Virus record (IMG/VR): IMGVR_UViG_2706794926_000001
Reading direction: 5' to 3' (one strand)
DNA from: an uncultured virus (IMG/VR IMGVR_UViG_2706794926_000001)
Taxonomy: Duplodnaviria; Heunggongvirae; Uroviricota; Caudoviricetes
Length of the DNA: 64,000 nucleotides
The translations under genes and the position numbers were made by a program. The stretch's first letter is position 1. Every line of letters starts with the position of its first letter. Shown here piece after piece: positions 1 to 9,447 of this stretch. The notes beneath the pieces were generated by a model, which worked only from the letters and a program-made list of their open reading frames with translations, did not search any database and had not been told where the DNA came from.

Positions 1-55
1 TAACTGATGCTAAAGAGATATTGTTAATAAAGAAATAGGATTTTAAATTAAGCTG

Positions 56-83
56 AGCAGGGTATTTTCATAATGACCCTGCT
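56..83 (+). terminator. Probable intrinsic terminator of the upstream gene
   Basis: AGCAGGGT...ACCCTGCT inverted repeat followed by a T-rich tract. Confidence 0.55.
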
Positions 84-135
84 TATTTTACTCTTTAGGG
101 ACTGCTCATGAAGGAATGAAAAAGTAGTCTTTTAT

Positions 136-176
136 AACTGTAAACTGTAAATTGTAAACTGTAAAGGCGTAGCCTT
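136..176. repeat. Heptamer tandem repeat (AACTGTA x4) followed by a small AAGGC-GTA-GCCTT hairpin
   Basis: aactgta aactgta aattgta aactgta aaggcgtagcctt read directly. Confidence 0.7.
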
Positions 177-201
177 TTATTTTAGGGGGAAATGGGTAAT
201 A

Positions 202-1536
202 GTGTTTGATTTTAGTAAAGTTGATGAAGAAGCAAAGGTTGATGTATTAGATATTAACAAAAGAAAGAAAAAAGTAGAAAAGTTTAATCCCAAAGGTGAA
301 GTTTCAAAACGTGTGAATACGTCGATAGTGAAAGCTGTAGAAGGCACTATTAATGATATTTTAAAGATTGAAGAGGAATTAAATGAGCTCTTTATAGAAA
401 GAGAAAATGAAATAAGAATGCTTACCTTAGCATTTATAACAGGCTCTAATGGATTTTTTCATGGACCTGCAGGAACAGGGAAATCTGCTTTAGTAGAAGA
501 GTATAGAAATAGAATAGAGGATTGTAGCTATTTTAGAATACTTATGGGAAAGACTACAGAGCCTAGTGAAATCTTTGGCCCTGTAAGTATTAATGCAATG
601 AAAAATGATATTTATAAAGTAAATACTAAAAATAAACTTCCTGAAGCAAATATAAGCTTTGTGGATGAGATTTTTAAGGCTAATAGTGCAGTATTAAATA
701 ATTTACTTACTATTATGAATGAAAAATTATTTTTTAATGAAGAAATTCAAAAAGTACCATTAATATCTTTAATAGGTGCCAGTAATGAATATTATGAAGA
801 GGACAACCTTATAGCTCTATATGACAGGTTTTTGCTAAGATGGAATATAGATTATATTAATGAACCTTCAAATAGGATAACTCTATTTAAGAATTATTTA
901 GATAGAAGAAGAGAAAGCTCTTTATTACAGGAAAATGAAACAGTGAAAATGCCTGTTTGTAAGATAAATATTAAGGATTTAATGGTTATTAATGAGAAAG
1001 TTAAGGAAATTACAATTAGCATAAAAGTGCTAAATACATATAATAAACTTTTAAATACGTTACTTAGGAAAAATATTGTAATTTCAGATAGAAGAAAAAA
1101 TGAAAGTTTAAAAATAGTGCAGGCAGCGGCGCTTTTAGATGGCAGGGACGAAGCTGAAATTCAAGATTTAGAGGTATTAAAATATACTTTATGGACGTAT
1201 GAAGAAGATCTAGCAGCAATTTTAGAAGAGGTAGAAAAATTAGCTAATCCAAATAAAAATAAATTGAGAAATTTAAAAGCGACCTTTGAAGCTTATAAAA
1301 AGCAGCTTCTTGATTTAGAAGATAACAAAGGTTCTGATCAGTATGTGTTCAATAAAACTATGGCAGTAACTGAAATAATAAAGAATATTAATTATGGCGT
1401 GAATACCATAAATGGGATTCTTAGTTCAATGAAAAAAGAAGGCAGAGATAATAGCAAGGAATTTAATGATTTTATGAAGCTCTTAAACGATATGGAAGAG
1501 TATGCAGAAAATATTAAAAAGGATATTGTGCTATAA
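202..1536 (+). CDS. MoxR-family AAA+ ATPase (RavA-like)
   Basis: Walker A GPAGTGKS, Walker B FVDEIFKAN, TTEPSEIFGP, GASNE, ALYDRF and ISDRR motifs; adjacent VWA gene. Confidence 0.9.
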   Translation: MFDFSKVDEEAKVDVLDINKRKKKVEKFNPKGEVSKRVNTSIVKAVEGTINDILKIEEELNELFIERENEIRMLTLAFITGSNGFFHGPAGTGKSALVEEYRNRIEDCSYFRILMGKTTEPSEIFGPVSINAMKNDIYKVNTKNKLPEANISFVDEIFKANSAVLNNLLTIMNEKLFFNEEIQKVPLISLIGASNEYYEEDNLIALYDRFLLRWNIDYINEPSNRITLFKNYLDRRRESSLLQENETVKMPVCKINIKDLMVINEKVKEITISIKVLNTYNKLLNTLLRKNIVISDRRKNESLKIVQAAALLDGRDEAEIQDLEVLKYTLWTYEEDLAAILEEVEKLANPNKNKLRNLKATFEAYKKQLLDLEDNKGSDQYVFNKTMAVTEIIKNINYGVNTINGILSSMKKEGRDNSKEFNDFMKLLNDMEEYAENIKKDIVL

Positions 1537-1572
1537 ATAAGCTGATTTATAGCTAAGGGAGGATTTGTTATT

Positions 1573-3120
1573 ATGCTTTCAGCCAATGTTGAGTTTTTAG
1601 ATGTAATAGATGATAAAATTCATTTTAGCTCCGTCAAATTGGATTATATAGATAAGGAAATATTTAAAGATGCCTTAAGGGACGCAGAAAAACTTAGGGA
1701 AACCATAGAAGAAAACAACGAGAGAACTCCATTTTTTGAGAAGTTGAGTGAAGATTTATTTAATGCTTTATATAAGGTTGCACCAAAAGTTTATAATGAG
1801 GAAAATGTAGCTGTTTCTCTAAAGCTTGAAAATAAAATATTAAAAAGATTAATTGATAACGACAATTTTAATAAGCTTAGGAAAAATACAGCTTGTGATT
1901 TGTTTAATTCAACTTATGCCTTAAGCATGTTTTTAGATAAAGCTCGTGAAATCCTTGAAAATTTGGCTAAGCAGTCAGAAGCACATCAATTTTTGATGGA
2001 CAATATAAATACAGCTATTGCCTGCCAGGAGCAGCTTATAGAAGTCGAGCAGCAGTTAATATATGATCCTGAGGATGATGATTTAAAGGGACAAGCGTGC
2101 AATTTGAAAAAATTAATAGATAAGGCTGATAGCAATATTTTAAAGGCACAGAAAAAAGGGACAGATATTGTAGATATAAAGAAAATAAGTGACTCATTAA
2201 AGGATGTTTTAGCAGAGGTTCAAAAAAAGCTAAGTAAAGACTGGGGGTTAATGAAAAGTTTTGTCACTCTTCCTAAGGCTCCTGGAGATGAAAATGGAAA
2301 ATTACAAAAGGTTAGTTATGAAGAAAAACTTGAACTTGCAAAAGCTTTAACTAAAAGCAGTATTATTAAGCATATTTCAAAAAGACTTGGCAAGATGAGA
2401 ACTTATATAGAGGATATTAACAAAAATCCAGGAAAGTATGGGCTTACAATTTCAGGAGTTGGAGTTGGAAACAGCATAAATAGAATTTTAAGCTGTGAAA
2501 AACTCCTTTTAGCAGATAAAGACTTAGAAAATCAATTTTATAAAAAATATTTAAATAAAACCCTTCTTCAATATGAAGTGCATGGCGAAGATGAAATAAA
2601 CGGTCCCCTTATAGCATGTATAGATAATTCAGAGTCTATGAAGGGGAAAAAAGAGTATTTTGCAAAGGCTATAGCCATTTCAATGTTTCAAATAGCGACT
2701 AAAGCTAAAAGGGCTTATAGATGCGTATTGTTTGATAACACCGTAAACAAAGTGATAGATTCAAAAAAGAATGAATATAATTTGAAAAAAATAATAGAAA
2801 TTGCAGAGACCTTTTATGGTGGCGGTACAGAATTTGAGCCTCCGTTAGAAAAAGCGTTAGAAACTCTCTCCAATCATAAATTTAAAAAGGCAGATATACT
2901 TTTTATTACAGATGGAGAACCAGTTAAATTTTTATCTATGGAATTTAGAAAAAAATTAGAGGCTTTAAAGAAAAAAAGAAAATTTATAATACATGGAATC
3001 ATAATTGGGGCAGCAAATGAAAAGTATATGATGGAATTTTGTGATTACATAATAAGATTTGATGACTTGGCAGATGAAAAAGCCTTGATCAATATTTTTA
3101 ACAATATAAGTTCCAATTAA
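1573..3120 (+). CDS. VWA-domain protein (ViaA-like partner of the MoxR ATPase)
   Basis: MIDAS-like CIDNSESM, FYGGGTEF, ADILFITDG; directly downstream of the RavA-like gene. Confidence 0.88.
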   Translation: MLSANVEFLDVIDDKIHFSSVKLDYIDKEIFKDALRDAEKLRETIEENNERTPFFEKLSEDLFNALYKVAPKVYNEENVAVSLKLENKILKRLIDNDNFNKLRKNTACDLFNSTYALSMFLDKAREILENLAKQSEAHQFLMDNINTAIACQEQLIEVEQQLIYDPEDDDLKGQACNLKKLIDKADSNILKAQKKGTDIVDIKKISDSLKDVLAEVQKKLSKDWGLMKSFVTLPKAPGDENGKLQKVSYEEKLELAKALTKSSIIKHISKRLGKMRTYIEDINKNPGKYGLTISGVGVGNSINRILSCEKLLLADKDLENQFYKKYLNKTLLQYEVHGEDEINGPLIACIDNSESMKGKKEYFAKAIAISMFQIATKAKRAYRCVLFDNTVNKVIDSKKNEYNLKKIIEIAETFYGGGTEFEPPLEKALETLSNHKFKKADILFITDGEPVKFLSMEFRKKLEALKKKRKFIIHGIIIGAANEKYMMEFCDYIIRFDDLADEKALINIFNNISSN

Positions 3121-3143
3121 GAGTGTACTTCTCAAAACTTACC

Positions 3144-3333
3144 GAAATCAGATACATATTTATTACAGCGGACTAATGAAATTTTCGCTGGATGGGTTCT
3201 AAGTGGAAGGTTGCACCCATTTCTGGATGTTCCTAAAGTAAATTTATGACAAGCAGAAAGTGGAACAACCTTCCACTAATAACCATCACAGCTTAATTTC
3301 ATATGCCGCTTGCACAAATATGTATCTAATTTC
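3144..3333. repeat. ~190-bp imperfect long inverted repeat (MITE/REP-like intergenic element)
   Basis: Nested arms: GAAATCAGATACATATTT/AAATATGTATCTAATTTC, AGCGG/CCGCT, ATGAAATT/AATTTCAT, AGTGGAAGGTTG/CAACCTTCCACT; GC-richer than its flanks. Confidence 0.75.
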
Positions 3334-3452
3334 TAGTGTAGTGTTGTGATTATAATTTCTCAATGATGTATGTATATTACATTTATAAGTTTTATTATTA
3401 ATTTGGATATCTATAATGAAATACAAAATTTGTAGAAGAGGGGAAATGAAAG

Positions 3453-3932
3453 TTGACTATTAGAAAATTAGATGAAAATAGTGCTGAGGTTTTAGCGGAA
3501 ATATGTATAAATCCAAAGAGAAAAATATTTTTATGTATAGGAACGCCAGAGCATGTTTGGGATAGCTATGGTCCTATGGTTGGCTCTCTTCTTGCAGAAA
3601 AAGATATATTATGTTTTGGGACAATGAATGATAGAGTTGATTCTTATAATGTTGAAAGCATTGAAGAGAAAATAAGGAATGAATATAAAGATGCTTTAAT
3701 TATAGCAATAGATAGCGCAGTTACAAGATCTGAGGCTAAAACAGGAAAGCTAGCCATAATAAGAGATGGTGTAAAGCCAGGAGAAGCTTTTACCAAGAAT
3801 TTAAGGAAGGTTGGAGATTATTCAATTCTTTTTGGGGTAAATTCAGAGGATATAAATAATAAGCTAATAGCGCTCCCGTTTAGTGCTGCTCTTGAAACTT
3901 ATAATGTGATAATTACTTCGATGTTTAGTTAA
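3453..3932 (+). CDS. yyaC: YyaC-like spore protease (DUF1256 family)
   Basis: FLCIGT...DSYGPMVGSLL, IIAIDS, GVKPG and VGDYSI match the YyaC pattern; TTG start after GAGGGG. Confidence 0.8.
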   Translation: MTIRKLDENSAEVLAEICINPKRKIFLCIGTPEHVWDSYGPMVGSLLAEKDILCFGTMNDRVDSYNVESIEEKIRNEYKDALIIAIDSAVTRSEAKTGKLAIIRDGVKPGEAFTKNLRKVGDYSILFGVNSEDINNKLIALPFSAALETYNVIITSMFS

Positions 3933-4027
3933 TTTATGAGTGATTTTTTATTATAATAATTAGGCATTATTTTTGTTGTATATATTGATATATATGCAGT
4001 AATTATAATATTTATATAAATATATTT

Positions 4028-4115
4028 GTTACGTTTAATGATACAAACAATATAACATTTAAAGTAACATATTATGTAACTTTAAATGTTATATTATTTG
4101 TACTTTTTTTGTACT
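4028..4115. repeat. Array A of GTWAC-type repeats with 12-bp period (candidate centromere or operator array)
   Basis: Cores start at 4028, 4040, 4052, 4064, 4076, 4088, 4100 (and 4111); contains a 59-bp near-perfect palindrome at 4043-4101. Confidence 0.7.
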
Positions 4116-4290
4116 TAAAATTATATGGGAGATTACCATTTATATTAAGCATTGATATCTTTATAATAAATATAGATTTTTGAATTGAAAGAATATATTT
4201 GCTAATTATATAAATACTGTTAAATATTAATGCAATTTGTTATAATTACTATGTTGAAATTATAACTATTAAAACTAAGGGGAAAATAAG

Positions 4291-5073
4291 ATGGGTAAGA
4301 ATGTGTTAATTTTAGGAGTGACAAGTGCAGTGGTAGTTATTGCATGCGGAGCAGGAGGTGCTATATATGCATTAAATGCATCAAGCGATAGTACTCCAAG
4401 TAAAGCTACTGCAAATTATGAACTTAAGAAAGAACAAGCAAAACAAAATGGATGGAATCAAAAAGATGGCGATTGGTATTATTATAAAGATGATAAAGTT
4501 CAAACAGGCTGGGTTCAAGATAATGGTTCCTGGTATTATTGTGATGATTCAGGAAAAATGAAATTAAACTGGCTTCAGGATAAAAGTAAGTGGTACTATT
4601 TAGGATCAGATGGAAAGCTTAGAACAGGTTGGATAAAGGATAGTGACAAATGGTATTACATGAATAATGATGGAACAATGGCAGTAAATACAACAATTGA
4701 TGGATGTTATTTAAATCAAGACGGAATTATTGTGGAGACACCGGCAAAGAAAAAAGAGAACGATAGTGAAGCAAGTTCTAATAACAGAAATGCTCCTATT
4801 GTAATAACTTATACTACTAATTCTAATGGTGATATATTGACCTCAAGTTATCCTAATGGTTCAAGCATACAGGTAAAGCTAGGACAGGTTATTAAACTTG
4901 TTGAAAAAGATTATAAAACTAATCCAAGAATTCTAGCAAATCTAACTTGCATGAAATGGGAAAACTCAAAAGAAGTTAAAGCAATAGCTGTAGGTGGAGG
5001 GGATATACGAATTGTCCCTCGTTATTGTGATTGGGATAAACAATATATATATCACATTATTGTAAGTAATTGA
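4291..5073 (+). CDS. Secreted or membrane-anchored protein with cell-wall (choline-binding-type) repeats
   Basis: Hydrophobic N-terminus; repeated GW.QD..KWYY...DG.M units. Confidence 0.85.
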   Translation: MGKNVLILGVTSAVVVIACGAGGAIYALNASSDSTPSKATANYELKKEQAKQNGWNQKDGDWYYYKDDKVQTGWVQDNGSWYYCDDSGKMKLNWLQDKSKWYYLGSDGKLRTGWIKDSDKWYYMNNDGTMAVNTTIDGCYLNQDGIIVETPAKKKENDSEASSNNRNAPIVITYTTNSNGDILTSSYPNGSSIQVKLGQVIKLVEKDYKTNPRILANLTCMKWENSKEVKAIAVGGGDIRIVPRYCDWDKQYIYHIIVSN

Positions 5074-5110
5074 TAAAAAGATACAAAGAATATAATAATA
5101 TTTCTAATTG

Positions 5111-5520
5111 AAAAGGGGCCGTCGCACTAAATTAGTGTGCGGCTCATTTTCGTGGAAAAAAGATTATACAATTAATCAGAAGTTTTATCAATTAAAGCTT
5201 CCATTAAATATTAATTATATTATACCAGCTAATGATTCAGTGCGATTACTAAGTCAATTTGTAGAGGAGATGGATTTAAAAGATTTATATTAGACTTATT
5301 TTCTAGTAAGAGAAAATCAAGTATCGCCAAGAAAAATGCTGGAGATTATGATTTAGGGTTAGATGAATAAACTATATTCATATTGGGACATTGAAAAAGC
5401 ATGTCTTAGAGATATTAAATTTATGTTTTTACTTGAGGAGGCGACTGCTCCAGATTATGCAACATTTGCAAGATTTAGAAGTTTGCATTTTGCCACATGT
5501 GCAGAACAAATATTTAGATT
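5111..5520 (+). pseudogene. Degenerate IS1182-family transposase fragment (N-terminal DUF772-like region)
   Basis: Reads YQLKLPLN...DSVRLLSQFVEEMDL, SPRKML, DIEKACLRDIKFMFLL, PDYATFARFR through several in-frame stops; DDE domain missing; hairpin at 5111-5150. Confidence 0.8.
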
Positions 5521-5629
5521 GAATAATTGGAATACATTAGGCTATAGAATATGTTTACATAATTAGACTTATTAATACAGACATGATAAAATATAGAAAT
5601 AGTATATTTTGACAAAAGGGGTAGACAAT

Positions 5630-8600
5630 ATGTTAAAAAGAAATAAAAAACTGATTAGTAAAATATTAGTATTAAGCATGTGCGTAAGTATGGAGGCAAC
5701 TACACAGGTATCTGCAGCAGCTAATGAAACTGGAGGAAACAAGACAGTAGAAGTATGGAATAATAAGTCGGTTAATGCAGTTATTAAGAATTCAGGGTTC
5801 CAATTTGATACTGCTACAGGCATGATAATAAAATATGTTGGTAGTGATTCTGATGTAATAATACCAAGTACAATAGATGGCGTTTCAGTAACAAGTATAG
5901 GAAATAGCGCATTTAAAAATTGTACTAGTTTAACTAGTGTAAAAATTCCAGATACTGTGATAAGTATAGGACTTGGCGCATTTGAAAGCTGTACTAGTTT
6001 AACAAGTATAACAATTCCGGAAGGTGTAGCAACAATAGAAAATAATTCATTTGCTGGATGTAGTAACTTAAAAGAGGTGAACCTACCTGATACTATAACA
6101 GAAATAAAAGATGCTGCATTTGAAGAGTGTGATAAATTGCAAAATATAACTATACCTAATGGAGTAAAGTCTATAGGTGACGTCGCTTTTATGGATAGTG
6201 GATTAAGAAATATAACTATACCTGGTAGTGTTAGTAGCATTGGTGAAGGAGCATTTTTTCAATGTATTGGATTACTTAAGGCGACTATATCTAGTGGAGT
6301 AACACAAATAGGGAAATCAGCATTCGCTAACTGCACACAACTTTCAGAGATAAATATACCAGGTACAGTATCAAGTATAGGTGCTCAGGCATTTTCGAAT
6401 TGTGGTTTAAGAGGTGTAATTATTTCAGAGGGTGTAAAAACCATAGGAGATGATGCGTTTAGTGAATGTACTATTTTAAAAATAGTAAATATTCCAGATA
6501 GCATAGTAACTTTAGGAGATAATATATTTTATAAATGTGAACATCCTAAATTTTATGTGAAGAGTGAAGCTACAAAAAATCTTCTACATAATAGTTCTAA
6601 TAGAATATGGGAAAGTATAATTTACATTGTAAGTAATTCGGATTATGAATTTGATAAAGATACAGGGACAATAACTAAATATAACGGTAACCAGGTAGAT
6701 GTGGAAGTACCAAGTGAAATTGATGGTGTAAAAGTAAAAAGTGTCGGGGATAATGCTTTTGCATATTGTATGAATTTAAAAAGTGTAAAATTAGACGATG
6801 GTATAACAGACATAGGACCTTATGCATTTGAAGGATGTATGAACTTGACTAATATAGATGTACCTGAAAGTGTAAATAGTATAGGGGGGTGGGCATTTTA
6901 TAATTGTAATAGCTTAACAAGCATAAAAATACCAGATGGTGTAGTATCACTATCAAAAAATACTTTTTACTGTTGTACGAGCCTGACAAGTATAATAATT
7001 CCTAAAAGTATGAAATCTATAGAATTTAGTACATTTTTTAAATGTGATAATGCTACATATTATGTTCCCAATAATGCAGTTAGACAACTTTTAATTAATT
7101 CAGGTCTTTCTGAACATGATACTAAGATACAAGTTGATGGTAGAACATTAAATGAATTGGACTTTAAATTTGATGCAACTAATCAAAAGATAGTAGGTTA
7201 TAATATTTTGCGAGATGATATGAATATACCTAGTGAAATTAATGGAATTAAGGTAAAAAGTATAGGTGATAATGCATTTGCTGAATGTTCAACTATGAAA
7301 AGTACAGAAATTCCTGATGGTGTAACAAGTATAGGAATTAAGGCATTTTGCAATTGTTATGACCTAGAAGGTATAACAATACCTGAAAGTGTGACGAGTA
7401 TTGGTGGAGGAGCATTTTTGATGTGCGATAACTTGAAAAGTATAACTTTACCAAGCAATTTAACAAGTATAGAGCCTAGCACATTTGTTGGATGTGATAA
7501 ATTAACGAGTATAAATTTGCCTAAAAATTTAAAGAGTATTGGAAATGGAGCATTTGCTGAATGTAATAGTTTAGACAATATAACTATACCAGAAGGTACG
7601 AAGAGTATCGATAAATTTGCATTTGATAATTGTACATTGCTAAAGAGTGTATTTATCCCAAACAGTGTGACATATATAGGAGAAAATGCATTTGATGGTT
7701 GTAATGATGCAATATTTTATGTAAATAGTGGAGAACAAAAACAGCGTTTAATAGATAGTGGTGTTAATGGAAGTAAGATTGTAGTAGCTAATCAACCTCA
7801 AAAATTACAAGTAACAAACATATCGTTAAGTTTAAATAATTTAGATTGTGTAATAGGAGATAAAAAAACATTAACAGAAACAGTAACACCAAGTGGTGCA
7901 ACTGATCAAACAGTAACATGGAGCAGTAGTAATAATAATGTCGTAGCGGTAGATCAAAATGGAAATATAAATGCGGTAGGAGCAGGAAGTGCCACAATAA
8001 CGTGTACAGCCAATGATGGAAGTGGAATAAGTGCAACATGTGCTGTAACTGTAATTGGGCAAAGTAGTACAGGCAGCACTGGAGGAAACAGTGGTATTGG
8101 TAATACAGGAGGCACAGGTAACACTGGTGGAAACGGAAGTAGTGGAAATACAGGAGGTACAGGTAACACTGGAGGAAACAGCAGTAGTGGAAATACAGGA
8201 AGTACAGGTAACACCGGAGGAAATAGTGGAATCATTAATCTAACAAATGTTAAAGTAGCTGGGATAACTATTGGCGGAAATAGCAGCATCGGTGCAAAAG
8301 GCGGAACTTTAATACTTACGCCAAATATAACTCCAAGTAATGCTACAAATAAAAATGTAACATGGACATCAAATAATCCAAGTGTAGCCACTGTTAATGC
8401 TCAAGGCGTTGTTACAGCTATAGCTAATGGAACTGCTGCGATTATAGCTACTGCTACTGACGGAAGTGGAATTACAGTAAATACACTTATCACTGTAACA
8501 GGACAAACTGCATCTAGCACTGGCTCTGATTCAATTTTAGAATCAGTTTCAATAAGTGGAACAGAAGAAGTAAGCCATAGATTGAAAGCTAACGTAAGAT

Positions 8601-9175
8601 ATACAGGAACAGAGCCAAGTTTGGATTATAAATGGCAAAGAGCTGATACAAGAGATGGAGAGTACACAGATATAAGTGGTGCTGATGAAAAAGAATATAG
8701 ATTAAAAAGCAGTGATAGAAATAAATATATTAAAGTAATTGTTACGGCAACAATAAATGGTACTAATTATACTGTAAATGATACAGCAGGAAAAATCGAT
8801 AGAAATACCTCAAATGACGATAATAATTCAGATTCAAGCAACAATAGCACTAATAATGATAATAATAACAATATTGTAGTATTGAGACCAACAACTACAA
8901 CTAATTATTCGCCAAGTGGGACAATATATAACGCAACAACTTCAAGTGGTTTTTCCCCTTCAGTTAGTAGGGCGTTTACAAACCCATCAGGTCATCCAGT
9001 AAGTGGATGGATAAAAGTAAATAATAATTGGTATTACATAAATAGTAATGGAATGCCAAAGGTTGGCTGGATAAATGATAATGGCAAATGGTATTATTTA
9101 GATCAAACAGGAGTTATGATAAGCAATTCTTCTATAGATGGATACTGGCTAGGTGCAGATGGAGCAATGGTTTAA
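5630..9175 (+). CDS. BspA-type leucine-rich-repeat surface protein with two Ig-like (Big_2) domains, a Gly/Asn/Thr linker and C-terminal cell-wall-binding repeats
   Basis: Many IP..V.SIG..AF..C..L repeats; two PS.AT...VTW.S.N..V.V...G Ig units; GW.....WYY C-terminus; ATG at 5630 follows an AGGGGG RBS (track start 5609). Confidence 0.9.
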   Translation: MLKRNKKLISKILVLSMCVSMEATTQVSAAANETGGNKTVEVWNNKSVNAVIKNSGFQFDTATGMIIKYVGSDSDVIIPSTIDGVSVTSIGNSAFKNCTSLTSVKIPDTVISIGLGAFESCTSLTSITIPEGVATIENNSFAGCSNLKEVNLPDTITEIKDAAFEECDKLQNITIPNGVKSIGDVAFMDSGLRNITIPGSVSSIGEGAFFQCIGLLKATISSGVTQIGKSAFANCTQLSEINIPGTVSSIGAQAFSNCGLRGVIISEGVKTIGDDAFSECTILKIVNIPDSIVTLGDNIFYKCEHPKFYVKSEATKNLLHNSSNRIWESIIYIVSNSDYEFDKDTGTITKYNGNQVDVEVPSEIDGVKVKSVGDNAFAYCMNLKSVKLDDGITDIGPYAFEGCMNLTNIDVPESVNSIGGWAFYNCNSLTSIKIPDGVVSLSKNTFYCCTSLTSIIIPKSMKSIEFSTFFKCDNATYYVPNNAVRQLLINSGLSEHDTKIQVDGRTLNELDFKFDATNQKIVGYNILRDDMNIPSEINGIKVKSIGDNAFAECSTMKSTEIPDGVTSIGIKAFCNCYDLEGITIPESVTSIGGGAFLMCDNLKSITLPSNLTSIEPSTFVGCDKLTSINLPKNLKSIGNGAFAECNSLDNITIPEGTKSIDKFAFDNCTLLKSVFIPNSVTYIGENAFDGCNDAIFYVNSGEQKQRLIDSGVNGSKIVVANQPQKLQVTNISLSLNNLDCVIGDKKTLTETVTPSGATDQTVTWSSSNNNVVAVDQNGNINAVGAGSATITCTANDGSGISATCAVTVIGQSSTGSTGGNSGIGNTGGTGNTGGNGSSGNTGGTGNTGGNSSSGNTGSTGNTGGNSGIINLTNVKVAGITIGGNSSIGAKGGTLILTPNITPSNATNKNVTWTSNNPSVATVNAQGVVTAIANGTAAIIATATDGSGITVNTLITVTGQTASSTGSDSILESVSISGTEEVSHRLKANVRYTGTEPSLDYKWQRADTRDGEYTDISGADEKEYRLKSSDRNKYIKVIVTATINGTNYTVNDTAGKIDRNTSNDDNNSDSSNNSTNNDNNNNIVVLRPTTTTNYSPSGTIYNATTSSGFSPSVSRAFTNPSGHPVSGWIKVNNNWYYINSNGMPKVGWINDNGKWYYLDQTGVMISNSSIDGYWLGADGAMV
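8068..8230 (+). repeat. In-frame low-complexity linker repeat (GNTGGTGNTGGN)
   Basis: Three to four imperfect tandem copies of ggaaatacaggaggtacaggtaacactggagga. Confidence 0.75.
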
Positions 9176-9197
9176 TTACCAAAATATCAGTAAAGGA

Positions 9198-9322
9198 GTC
9201 ACAAAATATGTAACTAATTATGATACATATTTTATGACTTTTTTTGTTACAACTAGTGTAACTATATTAGTTTCATATACTGTATCAAAATAAGTACTTA
9301 ATATTGTTACATTTTATGTTAC
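9198..9322. repeat. Array B of GTWAC-type repeats with 12-bp period
   Basis: Eleven cores at 9198, 9210, 9222, 9234, 9246, 9258, 9270, 9282, 9294, 9306, 9318; the first four also form a terminator-like hairpin (9197-9239) followed by a T-run. Confidence 0.75.
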
Positions 9323-9447
9323 TTAAATTTTTTATCAAACTTATATTATCAAAAGCAAATCCATTTGATATAATAAAATAAATATAGATTAATATTTAAG
9401 TTATATATTTGGAGAGCTGACAATAATAGAAGGAGGCAGTATTTTTT

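Noticed and set aside
4043..4101. 59-bp palindrome as a protelomerase telRL site or an Xer dif site
   Set aside because: It is explained by the symmetric 12-bp GTWAC lattice; it lacks the 11-6-11 dif layout and no protelomerase or tyrosine recombinase is in the window
5572..8391. Antisense and alternate-frame ORFs over the LRR gene (e.g. 5572-6240, 7954-8391)
   Set aside because: Shadow ORFs produced by repetitive codon usage of the real gene
9198..9322. Periodic repeats as a CRISPR array
   Set aside because: The 12-bp period is far too short, there are no unique 30-40 bp spacers and no cas genes
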